DNA of 64,000 nucleotides from Ramazzottius varieornatus (taxonomy: Eukaryota; Animalia; Tardigrada): contig BDGG01000010.1 in the NCBI GenBank assembly GCA_001949185.1, positions 1,497,773 to 1,561,772 of the forward strand, written 5' to 3'. A program made the translations under genes and the position numbers. Position 1 is the stretch's first letter, and each line of letters starts with the position of its first letter. Below are positions 11,537 through 24,711 of the stretch, in pieces. The notes below the pieces were generated by a model that did not search any database, was not told where the DNA came from, and worked only from the letters and a program-made list of their open reading frames with translations.

Positions 11537-14097
11537 TTAGTCCATCTTCACGCAGATGGTTCGCGATTCGGTGAAGAAGTCCAGCGACTCTTTTGCTCCT
11601 TCGCGTCCCACTCCGGACGCCTTACTTCCGCCAAACGGCATATTCAGGTCTAACCAACGAATATGGTTAGTTTCGTACAAGCAGATTTAGACACGGTAGA
11701 CAAGCCACTACAGTACGTACCTCGTAACAGCCAGCAATTTGCCCACACAGTTCCCACCTGCAGACGCTGGGCTAGCCGATGAGTTCGTGACAAATCTCGC
11801 GTCCAAACGACGGCGCACAGACCATACTTCACGTTGTTTGCTCGTGCGATTGCTTCTTCTTCGTCGCAAAAAGGAACGACGCAAGTGACTGGTCCGAAGA
11901 TCTCGTCCTGCATGCAGGAAGACCTACGACAGTACCACATGTCATCAGGACTACACTCAATGTTACCAAATATCATTAAGAAAAATCTTCCTTACGTGTC
12001 TGAGACGTTGGTGATGATGGTCGGTGGAAGGTAATAGCCCTGTAAAATACAATCTGGCTTCGTCGGGAAACCAAGCTTGCGTATTCTAAAGGTAAACAAT
12101 TCAGCCCGAGTTCGCTTACATTTCTGTGAGACTCTGGAATATGGTCCGGCGTTTCAGCACCGCCGCATTCAATCACTGCGCCTTCCGATTCCGCGAGCAT
12201 CACAAAGCCGCGGACCTTGTCTCTGTGTTGCTCACTAATCAAGGCCCCCATGTTGACACTTGCATCCGTGGGAACTCCGACCTTGTACTGCCTACGAAAG
12301 AAGAATCATAAGGCTGCTATAAGGTACTTGAAATCGTTAGGTTTTTTTATAACGACTGCTTGAGCCCGTACTTGGTGGCTTCCCGGAAGCGCTGAAGGAA
12401 CTCGTCGTATATTCCACGCTGCACGAATATGCGGCTGCTGCACAGGCAGACTTCCCCCTGATTCAAGAAGCTGGATTTCACGCAGCCAGGGATGACTTTA
12501 TCCAGGTCGGCGTCGTCGAAAATGATGGCAGCATTCTTTCCTCCCAGCTGCAAACCCGGACCACATACAGTAATAAGCCGAAATTCACAAGCATTTCATT
12601 TCTAACCTCGAGTGACAGTTTTTTGCAGTGTGGTGCGGAGACCTGGCCGATTCTCTGACCAACTGCGGTACTTCCGGTGAAGGAAATTAGAGGGACATCT
12701 GGGTGCTTCACTAAAGCTTCTCCCACTTTCCACCCATAGCCAAAGACAACTGTAATAATACTGTGTAATAATACTGTATCCGTAATAGTACTGTGCAGTT
12801 TCCTACCGTTCACGACGCCGGCTGGAAGTCCTATAAATTAGCATCACCTTTAACAGCGCAAGTCCGAATTCAAGACTAGTCTTGCATGTACTCACCCGCA
12901 TCTTGGAATACTTTGCATAACATCCATGTGGTAACGGACGTCATCTCGCTTGGCTTTGCGACGACAGTACAACCTACGAGAAGAACCCTGTGAGCTCCAC
13001 GTATTTTCAGTTATCAGCTTCGCAGTAATCAGATTCGTCAACGTCTGCTACCATGGACCTTGACCGCAGAAGCACAAATCTCCTCGTCGGATGCGAAAAC
13101 GCAGCACCAGGCTTACCTGCTGCTAATGCCGGGGCAATCTTGAATGTCAGGAGATACAGAGGAAGGTTCCAGGGGCTGCGAAAATCAAGAAAGATGTCAA
13201 TACAAGGACACTCGAGATGGCCGAACGGACGTCGTGTTACTGTTATTCTCGGGTTTCAAGAGCCGATCCATCTTCTAGTTCTCTACTATCGGCATACTAA
13301 TAACTTTGACCTACCTAATTAGCCCGGCCACGCCTACTGGCGAACGGTGGACATAATTCAAGGCTCCCAACTGTTCGTTGTAGCTCGAGCTGTAAAGGTT
13401 AACGTAATAAAATAAAATTATATCATACTTGGATCGATGTGTTCAAAAAGATAAGGGGTACTTACGTAGACAGATAGTGTTGAACAGCAGAAGCAAAAAA
13501 TCGGAAGTTATGAATGGCCCGTGGGATATCCAAAGCTTTAGCTAACGCAACAGGTTTCCCGGAGTCTCGTGATTCTGCTATTGCAAAATCTTCCAGTCTC
13601 TCTTCCAGCAAGTCTGCGATCTTGGTTAAGTAACTTGCTCGTTCTTGAGGTGATTTAGAAGACCACCTATGGGAACACAAATATAAATCACATACGTAAG
13701 TCACCGTGCTCGCAGGTGACAAGAGAGAGCCTTACCTTGGAAATTCATTATTGGCAGCCAGCACAGCTCTGTCCACTTCCACTTCGCCAGAATCCGGGAC
13801 TTTCGCCCACACTTCTCCAGTCGACGGATCATAGCTATACGAGTCACAGAAGCAGTAACTTGAAATGCATAGCAGAGTGTAGTGGAACAAGAGTCTTTCC
13901 ACTGGTCAGTATGAAAAGTATACGCGTACATCCGAATAACCGACCAAATGGTTATATTACAGGTGCGAAGTTTGCAATGCCAAAGCTTCCAGTTCTAGAT
14001 TAGAAGTTTACCTGTCGATAAAACCCAGTCCTTCATTCGGCACAAAACTTCCGCGAATAAAGTTCTCCAGTATCAGCATGGAACTCTCCACAGGCAT
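11537..14097 (-). CDS. ALDH8A1: 2-aminomuconic semialdehyde dehydrogenase (aldehyde dehydrogenase 8A1), multi-exon
   Basis: MLILENFIRG, YDPSTGEVWAKVPDSG, ESRDSGKP...DIPRAIHNFRFFA, PWNLPLYLLTFKIAPALAAG, KPSEMTSVT, FTGSTAVG, SLELGGKN, SSFLNQGEVCLCSSRI (catalytic Cys), EIFGPV, GTVWANCWL, PFGG.K.SGVGREG. Confidence 0.92.
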
Positions 14098-14892
14098 TGA
14101 GATTAGTGAACTCTCAATGATTATACGGTAGGAATATGTTATAGACAGTTGTACCTAACAAATTTTCTCCAAAAGTCCTCGTCACTAGCCTTGTCGCAGT
14201 AACAGTGTTTGTGTCGCAGAACGAAGTAAAGCAATGGAGCTTTCTTTACATTTTCAATAGCTTATCTAACTTTACCACCACTCGATGATAAACATCGACG
14301 ACACAACGAAATTACAAGTCAATCGACCGTAGATGCAGTGAGCAGATAATGGGTTACCCTGATTGACTGATTGTCTGCATGGTGTGATGGGTCGACTAGG
14401 TGGAGCTACAAGCAAAACTCCAAGGAACAACTGAGAAAGTGGGTTCTTTCATGGTTCTAAACACGAGTACTCTTCCATTTTCGGGACAATGAGGACCAAA
14501 GCCTAAAGCGGTCCCAATGGATGCGACCACTACCAGATGGTCCGGTGCATTACATTATAAAAAAGGCCCCGAGCTTCAGTGCGATGATATTGTCAGAGAG
14601 TAAGGGACTCTGAATTACATGAGAAACTAGTTCTTCGGATGAGTAAATAATATAATAGATATAGGAGATTGATCATTCATTATTTTACTTCCAGCAGAAG
14701 TCAAAGCGTCTGTTTGGAGCGAAGAAACGGAACAACAAGCACCAGCCTTTGGTATGACGGATCAACATTAACATAACAACAGCGTCAACGTGCCGTCGAA
14801 CAGCGTCGAACATGCTGAAGGTATATACGTAGTACCGTACGTTCTTGGATATAAATCATGAAAATAGTTTCGTGTAGAGTCCTGAGAAATAT

Positions 14893-15728
14893 TCAAGCCT
14901 TCTCGACAGATCCCTGATCGTGTTTCTCAGCTTCGACCTTAGCTTTGCCACTGTACCTGACCACGCCCAGTTCGATGACTTGCGCTTTCACAATGTCGTC
15001 GGACCGTACTTCAGATCTTCCTGAACCCGACACCACCGTGCTGACCGTCCCGGCATTTAGATCTCTTCCATGAAAGACACCCGAGCCACTCACCTGCAAG
15101 ATATAAATACATGGCCTTAAACCAGAGCTTTGTCCCTAATTGTAATATTTCGAGAGCAACAAGATAAACAACTTGCCACGACATTCGCGTTGGTGACGGT
15201 CCCTGACAGTGTGAGGACCCCAGAATCGCTGATCACCGCGTTCAGGTTTTTGCTGTTGATATCGCTGATGAAGCCAGCACTTCCGCTAACGACGGCATTG
15301 AGGAACTCAGTGTTAATATTCTTGCTTGTGACTTGCGCTGAACCACCCACCACCACACGAAGACTTTGCGGATTCAATGGGGACTGGATGTTCACTTGAG
15401 AAGAGCCGTCGGCTATCAATGTAATGATGGACTTCACGGTAATCTGCACTTGGAAGATGCCGGTAAAGCGGACATTCCAGTCGATGAAACGAATCTTCAG
15501 TGTGCCGTTCTCCACTGGTGTTTCGATGTTGTTGATCACATCCTTGTTTCCCAGCAGCTTCAAGCTCTCCGTTGTGCCTGTGGTTAACGTTACAGAAAAT
15601 GGTCCCGCTACCGCAATTCCTGTAAAGTCAGATACATTCCGAGTTTCAGTAGCTTGTGGGACTACTACACCGATATTACAGATAAAGAAAATCCCCGCGA
15701 TACAAATCAGTGTTGCGAAAGATACCAT
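14893..15728 (-). CDS. Secreted DUF2807 (putative auto-transporter adhesin head GIN domain) beta-solenoid protein, bacterial-type; 2 exons (15728-15177, 15093-14893)
   Basis: Signal peptide MVSFATLICIAGIFFICNIG, then ETRNVSDFTGIAVAGPFSVTLT, GNKDVINNIETPVENGTLKI, repeated (V/I)SGS(G/A) units and C-terminal VRYSGKAKV...GSVEK, typical of Bacteroidetes DUF2807 proteins. An 83-bp intron (GCAAGT...TTGCAG) restores one continuous frame. Confidence 0.85.
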
Positions 15729-16498
15729 TTTCAATAATGTACAGTAACAATGTTCATAATAGCGAAGTGGAGAAAAGTAAAAGCGAGCAAGTTTCGTACC
15801 ACACTGTTTTCTTTAATAACGAAGCGTGTGATGAGTGTCTATGTGCAACTTCATTACTTCATGACCCCAAGGCGTATTCGAAAACTGGAAAAATCGTGTC
15901 TTTATTACATCAATGGCAATTCTTGCGTAAGAGAAGCGCTACTGAAAGGAAATTCCCCCTGAGGGACCTAGACGTGACCGACATCGACTTTTACAGGAAA
16001 CCTTATTTCGAAAGGTCTGTTTTGAATGTACGTGTGGAATAGAGTAGGTCAGGTCTACTTTCTTGGGCTTCGAGTTCTTGGCAACGTCTGTACGATTACA
16101 CCAGTTTAGCAGAGAGGCTGATTTAAGTGAACGAAAGTCGGCGATCCACGATCAAGTCAACAAAATTGGTTGTTGGACAATTGTAGTAGTTACTAGCTAG
16201 CAAGAAATTGAAATCTCAACGATATGCCAACAGATCGCTGAGATTATCACGGAAAGGTTAGCGCATTCAGTTTAGGCCGTCGAAGACCTAGGACTCCCAG
16301 GAGTAGCTGTCTTCGCGGGGAACCTGGAACCGTTGCAGTAGGTAAGGATGAAATGTAGTGCATTACGTGACATGACTTACTAGTGCTCTGTTCGAGAAAC
16401 TGCGACGTTGCGTTACCTTAACGCATGACTTACACAGCCAGATCGGTACAGTATAACCAAACTTACCAAAGCGTTTGGTATATACTGTATCTATGACC

Positions 16499-16506
16499 TA
16501 TAAATA
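16499..16506 (+). promoter_or_regulatory. Probable TATA box of the PLAAT-like gene
   Basis: TATAAATA upstream of a putative non-coding exon ending GAG|GTATGT (~16647), preceded by an inverted repeat at 16447-16490. Confidence 0.4.
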
Positions 16507-16747
16507 CAGCACAATTTTATTCAAGTTCAATTTTAGCTTCCTTCTGTCCTCGACATTTCCGCATCCTTGCTCTCGGACTTCTTACTGAACCGTGAGGGAG
16601 AGAAGGGAGAGGACCACCGAGAGGACGGTGCGACTACCTGAGGCGAGGTATGTTCACATACTAGTCTGAATTACGTTATCTAATCATCTGTCTCAACGTA
16701 CCTTGTCATCTTCTCAGACGGCACAGAATTCAGTGTCACGGTCGTTC

Positions 16748-17920
16748 ATGTGGAATCGAGCGGTAGTTGCCGTGGCAAATCTAGCAGCGCGCTTTCTCGT
16801 GACCGAGCTCAGGACCAGTGCTCCCTCTCAAGGATTTTGTCGATCCTCCTCCACCGAAGCTTGCAGAATGGCTGACAACATTCCAGGCTCCACATCGGAC
16901 GAGCGTCCTCGAGCTGACGCTCAAGGCCGACCTCGTCACTCTTCCCATCTCGTCACTCCATTCACGGATTCCGCACACCTGAAACCTCTACCTGGCGATC
17001 TGATAGAGTTCAAACGAGATCTCTACTCCCACTGGGTAATTACCGTAACTTCGAGAAACATGGAATTACCGTAACTTCGTTGTCATGTCATGTCACACCA
17101 TGTCATTATCTTGGAAGTTCACTCTGCTTGCCGATAGGCTCTATACATCGGGGATGGAAAAGTTATCAACGTGAGGGGTGCTCAGCCTGGTAAAAGCAGC
17201 GACATTTCAATGACGGGAAGCGCCACAGTTCGGATGGAAGACTTGACGACAGTTGCTGGATTCAGCCAAGTTCGGATCAACAACCAGGAAGCAGAGGTCG
17301 GTACTCGTACTCTTTGTCGGTCATTCTAACCAAAGACTTTTTTCCAATGACCTAATCCTTTCTCGTCTATGACTCCATGATGAGAAGTAGCCAAATCGGA
17401 TTTGCTTTTCATCCAGCAATGGAAAGGGCAAGGGTGATGAGTAATCCTTTGGCGGGAAGCGAAACTTTCTGAGGGTTGTGGGGTGAAGATTTCAGAAAAT
17501 AGCAGGGAACCCTCGTGAAGTTTCCGTGTTCTCCGTCGCGCAATTTCTGGAGTGTTGTGTTTTAGGCTACATCTCGCGGTCTGCAAGCCATACCGGTTGA
17601 CGAGCTGATGGAGAAGGCCAAGAAGCTGGTTGGCACCGCCGTTCCTTACGATGTCTTGAGCCGTAACTGCGAGCACTATGTAACCGAATGGCGGTACGGC
17701 GAGCCGTGGAGCGAACAGGTACGGGAGATTGACGTATATTTACCGACCGATGCACTTACATCAATTTTCATGGTGACTGTCTCCGGATTATCAACTGTTT
17801 TTCTGTGAACAGGTTGAGTCTGGCATGAAGCAGTTCGGTGACGTCCGGAAGCTAGCGCAACAGAAAGACTTGCCCGAGCTGATCGGAATGCTGGGAAACT
17901 TTATGAATCAGCGCCGATGA
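16748..17920 (+). CDS. PLAAT/HRASLS/LRAT-family (NlpC/P60 NC-domain) phospholipase A/acyltransferase, 4 coding exons
   Basis: PLPGDLIEFKRDLYSHW|ALYIGDGKVINV, VRINN, KAKKLVG...YDVLSRNCEHYVTEWRYGEPWSEQV (NCEHF-type catalytic motif). Start is ATG 16748 or 16868. Confidence 0.88.
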
Positions 17921-18465
17921 ATGTTGTATTCGGATTCCTCCGTTTTTCATTTCGATAGTCGTTGAGCGTAGCAGCTTTTTGTGATTTTATTTCCAGAATT
18001 TATGTTTTAGTGATCGTAGCACGATGTATCGTGTCTGTAGTATTGTGTGCACGGTTGAGGATGATAGTTGTTCTGTGTCCCTCGATATCTCTCTTACTGT
18101 TTCCTACATAACTTTCACCGGGTTTTCCCTCTATTCCAGTTCCACTGGACCACTTTGACCCTTTTGGTTTCTTTTTATTGCAAATTCCCTGTTGATAGAA
18201 TACTTCAGAATGAACTCAAAATTTCGTGGTCGGCTGGCCAACAACATAACTTAATTCTTTTAGTCGAAAAATATCATCTTTCGTCAACAGGATAAATTGG
18301 GCAAAGAGAGAGACAGGATAAATTAGAGGAAGAGAGAAAGAGAGGGGTTGGATAAAAAAGAGTTTCGAAATTCTGGGTAAAAGTTCAAAGTTAATACGCT
18401 CGTTCATAAAATCGTTCACATGGAGGATATCGCTCGCTTCCGAGTTAAAATATATTCAAAAATCA

Positions 18466-20991
18466 CTAATTTGTATCATCACCAGTACTCTTTTCAACAG
18501 AAGGGAACCGCGGCTTGGAAAAGCTTTCATCAATTTCAGGCGTTTCCGGCTCTTGAATAGGACAGAATTCCGTCGTGTGTTGTTCCTCAGGTCCGTCAAC
18601 TCGGCCTTCCTTTTCGAAACCGTCAACCATCCCTTGCTGTACAGCCTGAACCAAGGACAGGTCCAGCATGGTGTCGCGGGAGAACCGCTTGGCCGGACCG
18701 GAAGTGATGTCGGAATGCGAGTCTTCGTCGGTACTATTCTCAGCCGTCCACTCGGAGATGGAGATATTGGACGCATCTTCCTCGGATATGATAGAACCTA
18801 CTGTGGAGGAGTGAGTCAGTAAGACTTGACTCTCGGAAAGACTGAGGTATTGCATGTCTGTCAACAATTGATCGCCTTCGGCACTGCTGCCAACGACTGT
18901 GCTATCGTCACTTCCCCGATTGTCTCTCGCTTCTGGGTTCTCCGCGATGTCGCTCAAGACAGCGGAGTCTACAGTATCACCAAACGAGACAACGACACTC
19001 GTGCTTGGAACGGACGCTTCAGGAGGTGCGACCGAATCGCCAAGGGAATGGGCTTGATTCTCATCTTCGGGAGAGACCTTGGGGGTTAGGGAAGCGAACT
19101 TGGCTACAGTCTTCCTTTCTAGCTCGAGCTGCAATCAATATTCATTTGTTCATTTTCTCAGATATCTACATCAGAAGATCCTAAGGATCTACTGTACCTT
19201 CTTAGCTCTCAGTTCGTCAATGGTAGACTGCACTGCGTTCACATTGGCAGGAGGTATTAAGTCTAGCGACACAAACTGCTGTACGACAGCAGCGCTGTGG
19301 GCGATGGACTTGATCTGAAGGACAAGTTATGTTTTATGAATTTACCGTACTCTTCGTCAGGGAAAAGTACCAGTACTTTACCTTCTTTTTCTTTTCCTTC
19401 TTGAAGCGAACAGGAGCTTGGACCGTAACTCCCACAGTCGACAGCTTCCTTGGCAGGAAGAAACCCGGGATGGCACCACCGTGCTCCAAGGAAGGGGAAG
19501 GAGAGGCACTGGATGGTTCGGAAGGGACGGAAGCGGACGGGGAGGACGGTAACGAACTGTCGCCAGAAATACTTTCTTCGGGCTTTACGTATTGCTGCAG
19601 GTATGTCAGCAGGCTACTGACGACTTGCTTTGCACCGGCGTAAGGGTCCTTGACCACTGGTACAACCCTAAAATCCCAGGAACGTTCCGAACTGGCACGA
19701 AACATAACACACTGAACAGATTACTAAGACGGAAGCGGGCTTACATGGTGCCATCACTGCGAGCGTTGGATCGTGCTTGTTGGTCTTGGAGGTATTTCAG
19801 TCGACGTCCCTGGGCCACGTGAGCTTCCCACGCAGAGACGGTGTATTCGAAGTCATGGACGACTTGCTTGCGTCGAAGTGTCAGGTAGTGGATATCCTTC
19901 ATCAGGATATCAACACTCTCCTTATGCTGCCGTTCGGCCTCTTTCAGTCCGCGATCTTCCGAGACCAGCCTCTGGACTCCCATGTAACGTGCCTATCATA
20001 TCAACCCCATGTTATATAACATCCGGCTACATAAAATGTTCAAATAGTTCAGTGACATTAGGCATACCTGTCGCGCATCCCGCAGCTCTTTCAGGGATCC
20101 ATCCAATTTTCGCTTATCAGTTTCCAGGTTATTGTAGGCCCTTAGAGAAGAAAACAAGTCGAGCATGGAGACCTTATAGCTCGTCAAGACTTTGAGACAC
20201 CAACCGTAGTTCGTTCTTCGATCGACGAAGTTTGTCGATTTCTCGGATGATCTTTTGTTCCTCGGGAAGACTAAAGTGGGCAGTGGTACGCTGATGTTCC
20301 AGGCGGTTGATGGTTTGGTCGATCTGCGTTTCGGAACGGTAAGTCATCCGTGGTCGCAGTCGGTTGATTTCATCGTGCTGCGAAGAGAGGTTGTGAAGGT
20401 TAATCCAACCATGTCAAATCTGTCAACTTTGCTCGCACTCACCTTTTTTTGGATGTCATCGTTTGCTTTCTTGACAGCATCACTCGCAAAAGCCAGCTGG
20501 CGATTGGCTTCTTGGATCTGTTCATTAAGGGTTTTGCGTTGGGCATTTACAGTGTCGGTGTTATATTGCTGTCTTCTTGCAGCCTAAAAACGGAAGACAT
20601 AAGAATTATGGAGTTCTTGATCCTACTAATCGCAGCAAACTGCGTGTGCGGAAAGCAGAAGCGTACAATCTCTCGTTCTTTTGCAGCAATCTTGTCCGCT
20701 ATATCCTTCAGATCCAATTCATGCTGCTTCCTATTGGGTGGGTGAGGCTTCTTTGGAGCTAACGAAACGTGAGAACGAAAAATGCCAAACGTGTATTACT
20801 GAACTGCATTAATCTACAAACTTCGATCGACTGGACCGAGGTGGTCAAGCCATACCTGCAGCAGCCTGATCTCCTGCATCCAACGAGATAGATGATACCA
20901 AAACATCTACAGCATCCGGAACGGCAGGATCGCTTGGATCGTGAAGGCTCGCTGGTCTCCGTGGGGCACTTGGACGGAAGGGATTAGCCAT
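18466..20991 (-). CDS. BFR1 / proton-pump-interactor (PPI)-like coiled-coil protein with acidic disordered C-terminus, multi-exon
   Basis: Spliced product contains KPHPPNRKQHELDLKDIADKIAAKEREI, YRSETQIDQTINRLEHQRTTAHFSLPEEQKIIREIDKLRRSK, DPYAGAKQVVSSLLTYLQ, KKEKKKK and IAHSAAVVQQFVSLDLIPPANVNAVQSTIDELRAK, resembling the conserved blocks of fungal Bfr1 and plant PPI. Confidence 0.65.
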
Positions 20992-22133
20992 GAAGCTAGT
21001 TGAGAACGAGTACAGCTCAAAGCGAAAGTTGACTTCCTGAGGTCCGGAAATGCGGTCGCACAAGCACGAGAGATTTCCACCTTATATATCTTGGTGGCTT
21101 CCGACTGCGTTGCAGCCTTCGGCAATGCCTGGAACCGCAAGGAGTCGCCTGTGGAAAGACACCTGTGAACAGCGCCTGTGGAAAGAGAATTACAGGTACA
21201 TTCAAACATATAATTATCTACATAAACTCCTTCAGAGTTCCAACACGTCAAATTCCAACCAGCGTATCTTCATGCTTACCAAAGAGGAGTGTAACTTTGA
21301 GAGATGCGGACAGCTTTACATGGTAAACGGAAACCAGACGTTCCTGCTGGAGATCACTAATCGCCTTCCCCTTTTCACGAACTACCATCACAGTATGGCA
21401 TCTTAGTGCACGAAAGCCCAATGGTTCCGTCAGCCCGGAACGGCAGTCCACATGGTTACATCACCTGCAACATCTAACCCAAAAGTGTTATCACAGAGTA
21501 ATCAAGATAAGATCACAAGATGCTGGGATGCAAATGATCCGATCCGACTTCAGAAAAATACGAATGATCCGGAAGCGGAAGAGCGATGTCTTTTGCCAAA
21601 ATGGGCAATGTTTACAGAACCCCGGGCAGCTGTTCAAAACTGACCTGATTTCCGGGGTTGCCCGCTTTGAGCGCTCCGTCAAGTAGTAAGGTACAAAGTG
21701 AGCGTTGTTGTCAATTACGGCCACATCGCGCTACACACCGCCTTTCCGCTTCTGTCCCCTTCCTTTTTGGGTCACTTTCTCAAACTAGGCTGGACCACCT
21801 TGGGAATGCCCCTCACCAGTTTCAACGTCAGCTGGCTTTGTGCCGTAAGCCCGTAACTGCCGTTTCAAAATGGGACCGTTTTCCTTTAGAAGAAACGACG
21901 GTTTCCGCTTGAGGCTTGAGCATCCATCTTGATCAGCAATGACATCTGGGAGGTGTCAGCGCTTCATCCGTATCGTTTAGTCCTCCATGTTGATGCAACA
22001 GACAGGTGTATGACGCTGACTTGTGCTTTTACTGCAGATGGATTTGACGTCCGGGACGGCTTGATCATCCAGCGTTGCGCCTTTTTGTCTGGAGTCCGGA
22101 CTGACCAAGCTCTTTGAAGTTTGAACCACCACC

Positions 22134-24330
22134 ATGTTCTACGCGCACTTCGTTCTAAGCAAGAAGGGACCACTAGCAAAGGTCTGGCTAGCTGCTCATT
22201 GGGAACGGAAGCTGACTAAAGCCCATGTCTTCGAAACCAACATCGAGCAGACCGTTGAAGGGATTATGCATCCTCGAGGAGTAAGCGCTTTCTTTCTGTT
22301 CGGATCTGCTGACAGTTAATCATATGGTTTTGAACAGGTGAAGCTTGCCCTGCGGACGTCAGGGCACTTGCTTCTCGGAGTCGTCAGGATTTACTCCCGA
22401 AAAGCAAAGTACCTCCTTCAAGACTGCAATGAAGCCCTTGGTAAAATCAAGATGGCATTCCGACCTGTAATGATCGATCTGCCTGCGGAACATCGCGTTG
22501 CAAGCAAGGCCGCATTGACGTTGGCTGTACAGGAGAAAGACATCGTACCAAGAGAGTATGTGGTGGCCGAAATCGACTTTGATCTGGATTTTGAGGAGCT
22601 CAGGTAATATCTAATCTTTTCTTGATCCTGTACTCTGTTTATACGGTTTAATTAGCCGCTTTCTTTGCAGTGATGCTGAGTTGAAAGCTCGTTTCGCTTC
22701 GAACCAAGCGCGGGAAGAAGATATCACGATGAAAGAAACGGTTTACGGAGCAACCAGCATTTCCAGACCGGACGACAATGATCTACTGGACGAATTCGGT
22801 AAGACGTTGCTTCCGTTTCCGTAAAAGTTGAAAATTAGCCTGGTGATACTTTTTTCTTGTTTTAGGCGAGTACGTCGAAGATGATTTTGTCGGAATCGGG
22901 GCGCCGCAAATGGAGGAAGGCGTGGCACAGGACAATGTGGAAGACTTTGCTGCTGGGATGATGGACGATGATAACATGGACAACATGGCACCGGAGTTCC
23001 AAGTGATCGCTGCCGATCAGTCAGGTAGGCTTTTTTCTTTGACAGTGTTGAGCTGGAACGCTTCGCAACTGAGAAAGAAAGACTGGAAAGAGATTGTTGT
23101 AGTTCCAGGACCTGCTAAGGAAGCGGGACTTTTGTCGGACGACTTGCCTCTTCGTTCTCCCGCTGCGGTCCTTCATGTGCTCGACGCGGGTAGGTTGATG
23201 CGCCCTCTGACAGAATAATTTGATACATAGAATTGGAATTGAAATCTGGATCTCGTATGGGTAAAAGAAGGTTAACTTATGTGTTCGGATGTCGTTTTTA
23301 GGGGATGTCGAGCAGATGCGGGGCAATCAAAGCGACATCACACTGCCTCCTCCTGGAACGGACAACGTTGCTAACGACACTGCCAACGTTAGTGCAGCTG
23401 AAGAGCCTAACGCAACAGCCAATCAGTCTGCTCTGTCGACTGTGCTGCGACCCAGAGCTGGACTGTCCATCGTCAAGCAGGTCCAACAGGAACAGAAGTT
23501 TAGCGAGCGAGCACGGCCCATCAAGCGCAAGAGGAAGCTGATTATCGACGACCAGAAAGTCATTCCAAGTGACCAAATGCGGCAGCAGCTGCAAGATACC
23601 AGCGACATCACGCGCAAACCGGAAATGGCCCCCAAGAACGATGCCACGATGATGATCAAGGAGAACAGCTCGATCGATAAGCTCTGGCATATGCCCGGCA
23701 TGTTCTTTGAAGAAGCCCCTGGCATGTCCAACAAACTCCTGGCGGTAAGTCTGCCCTACTCGCTAAGTTCCGACTCACGGTCTTTCCGCAACGCACGATA
23801 CGCTTATTTGATCTTACAGATCTTCGCGGATCAGGTTCTGCCAGCCATTGCAGATAACAGCGAAGGCGAGGACTTCTTCCCTGCCAGCTTCGACGTAGAC
23901 GTTCTAAGACATTCCGTCAACATGCGCAGTATGCAAGGTAAGCAATTCTGGTATTTGGTACATAAGTTACTCTGAATACTATCGTTATAATTGAAGACTT
24001 AAAGTAACTTTGTGTGTTGTAGATCTGGATTTCGGGCCTGTCGACAACGACATCCCAGTCGTTCCCGAGCAGCAGTTTCCTGAGGAGGCCGAAGCACCGA
24101 TGCTAGGTCCTTCAGGGCGCTCCAAGCGAGCTAAGGTGGTCTCGACCGACGCAGATGATAGTACGCTGAACCAGACAGGCACGCTGGGGCAGCCAGACAT
24201 TCCTAATCCCGATATGCCGGTACCGGAGCTCGAGCAACCAGCAGAAGCGGGAAGCAGGGGAAAGGAAGTCTCGGAGCAAACTAACGCTGAAGAAGAGGAG
24301 GAAGAGGACGCTGAAGGCGAAGAATCGGTA

Positions 24331-24366
<36 letters not shown>

Positions 24367-24711
24367 GGTGTCTTTACTGACAAACTCAGCCTCGATTGAA
24401 AATTTTCGGTTTGATTGTAGCATCCGGAAGATCGGGGAAAGATGTCGAAGAAGACCTACTTGGTCTTTGAGAGGTTCGCCGGGCTGTTGAACCGACGACA
24501 TACGCCTCGCCACAGCAAGCCCGACAGTACAGAGCAGTCGGTCAACTTCAAGGACCTCATTCGTGGACATCAGACTCGCAAGGAAGTAGCCCAACAGTTC
24601 TACAGCATCTTGGTCTTGAAGAAACTCCGAGCACTCGACGTGGAACAGTCGGAACCATATGCTGACATCTGGCTGCAGAAAGGAGATCGTTTTGACAAGT
24701 TCAAGATCTAA
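22134..24711 (+). CDS. RAD21: Cohesin kleisin subunit RAD21/Scc1, multi-exon
   Basis: [62 protein letters not shown], separase-type ExxR (DVEQMR), [14 protein letters not shown]-binding region, C-terminal winged helix [17 protein letters not shown]...QSEPYADI. Confidence 0.95.
24329..24366. repeat. (GT)n microsatellite in a RAD21 intron
   Basis: tgtgtgtgtgtgtgtgtgtgtgtgtg run directly after a splice donor. Confidence 0.9.

Noticed and set aside
17038-17105. Duplicated AATTACCGTAACTTCG and (TGTCA)n short repeats in a PLAAT intron; similar ATGAC repeats at ~25981 and ~27152
   Set aside because: Ordinary intronic slippage or microsatellite repeats.
21000-22050. Stop-interrupted coding-like sequence on the minus strand between the BFR1-like gene and RAD21
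   Set aside because: No recognisable domain or consistent splice pattern; it may be a decayed gene but cannot be supported.
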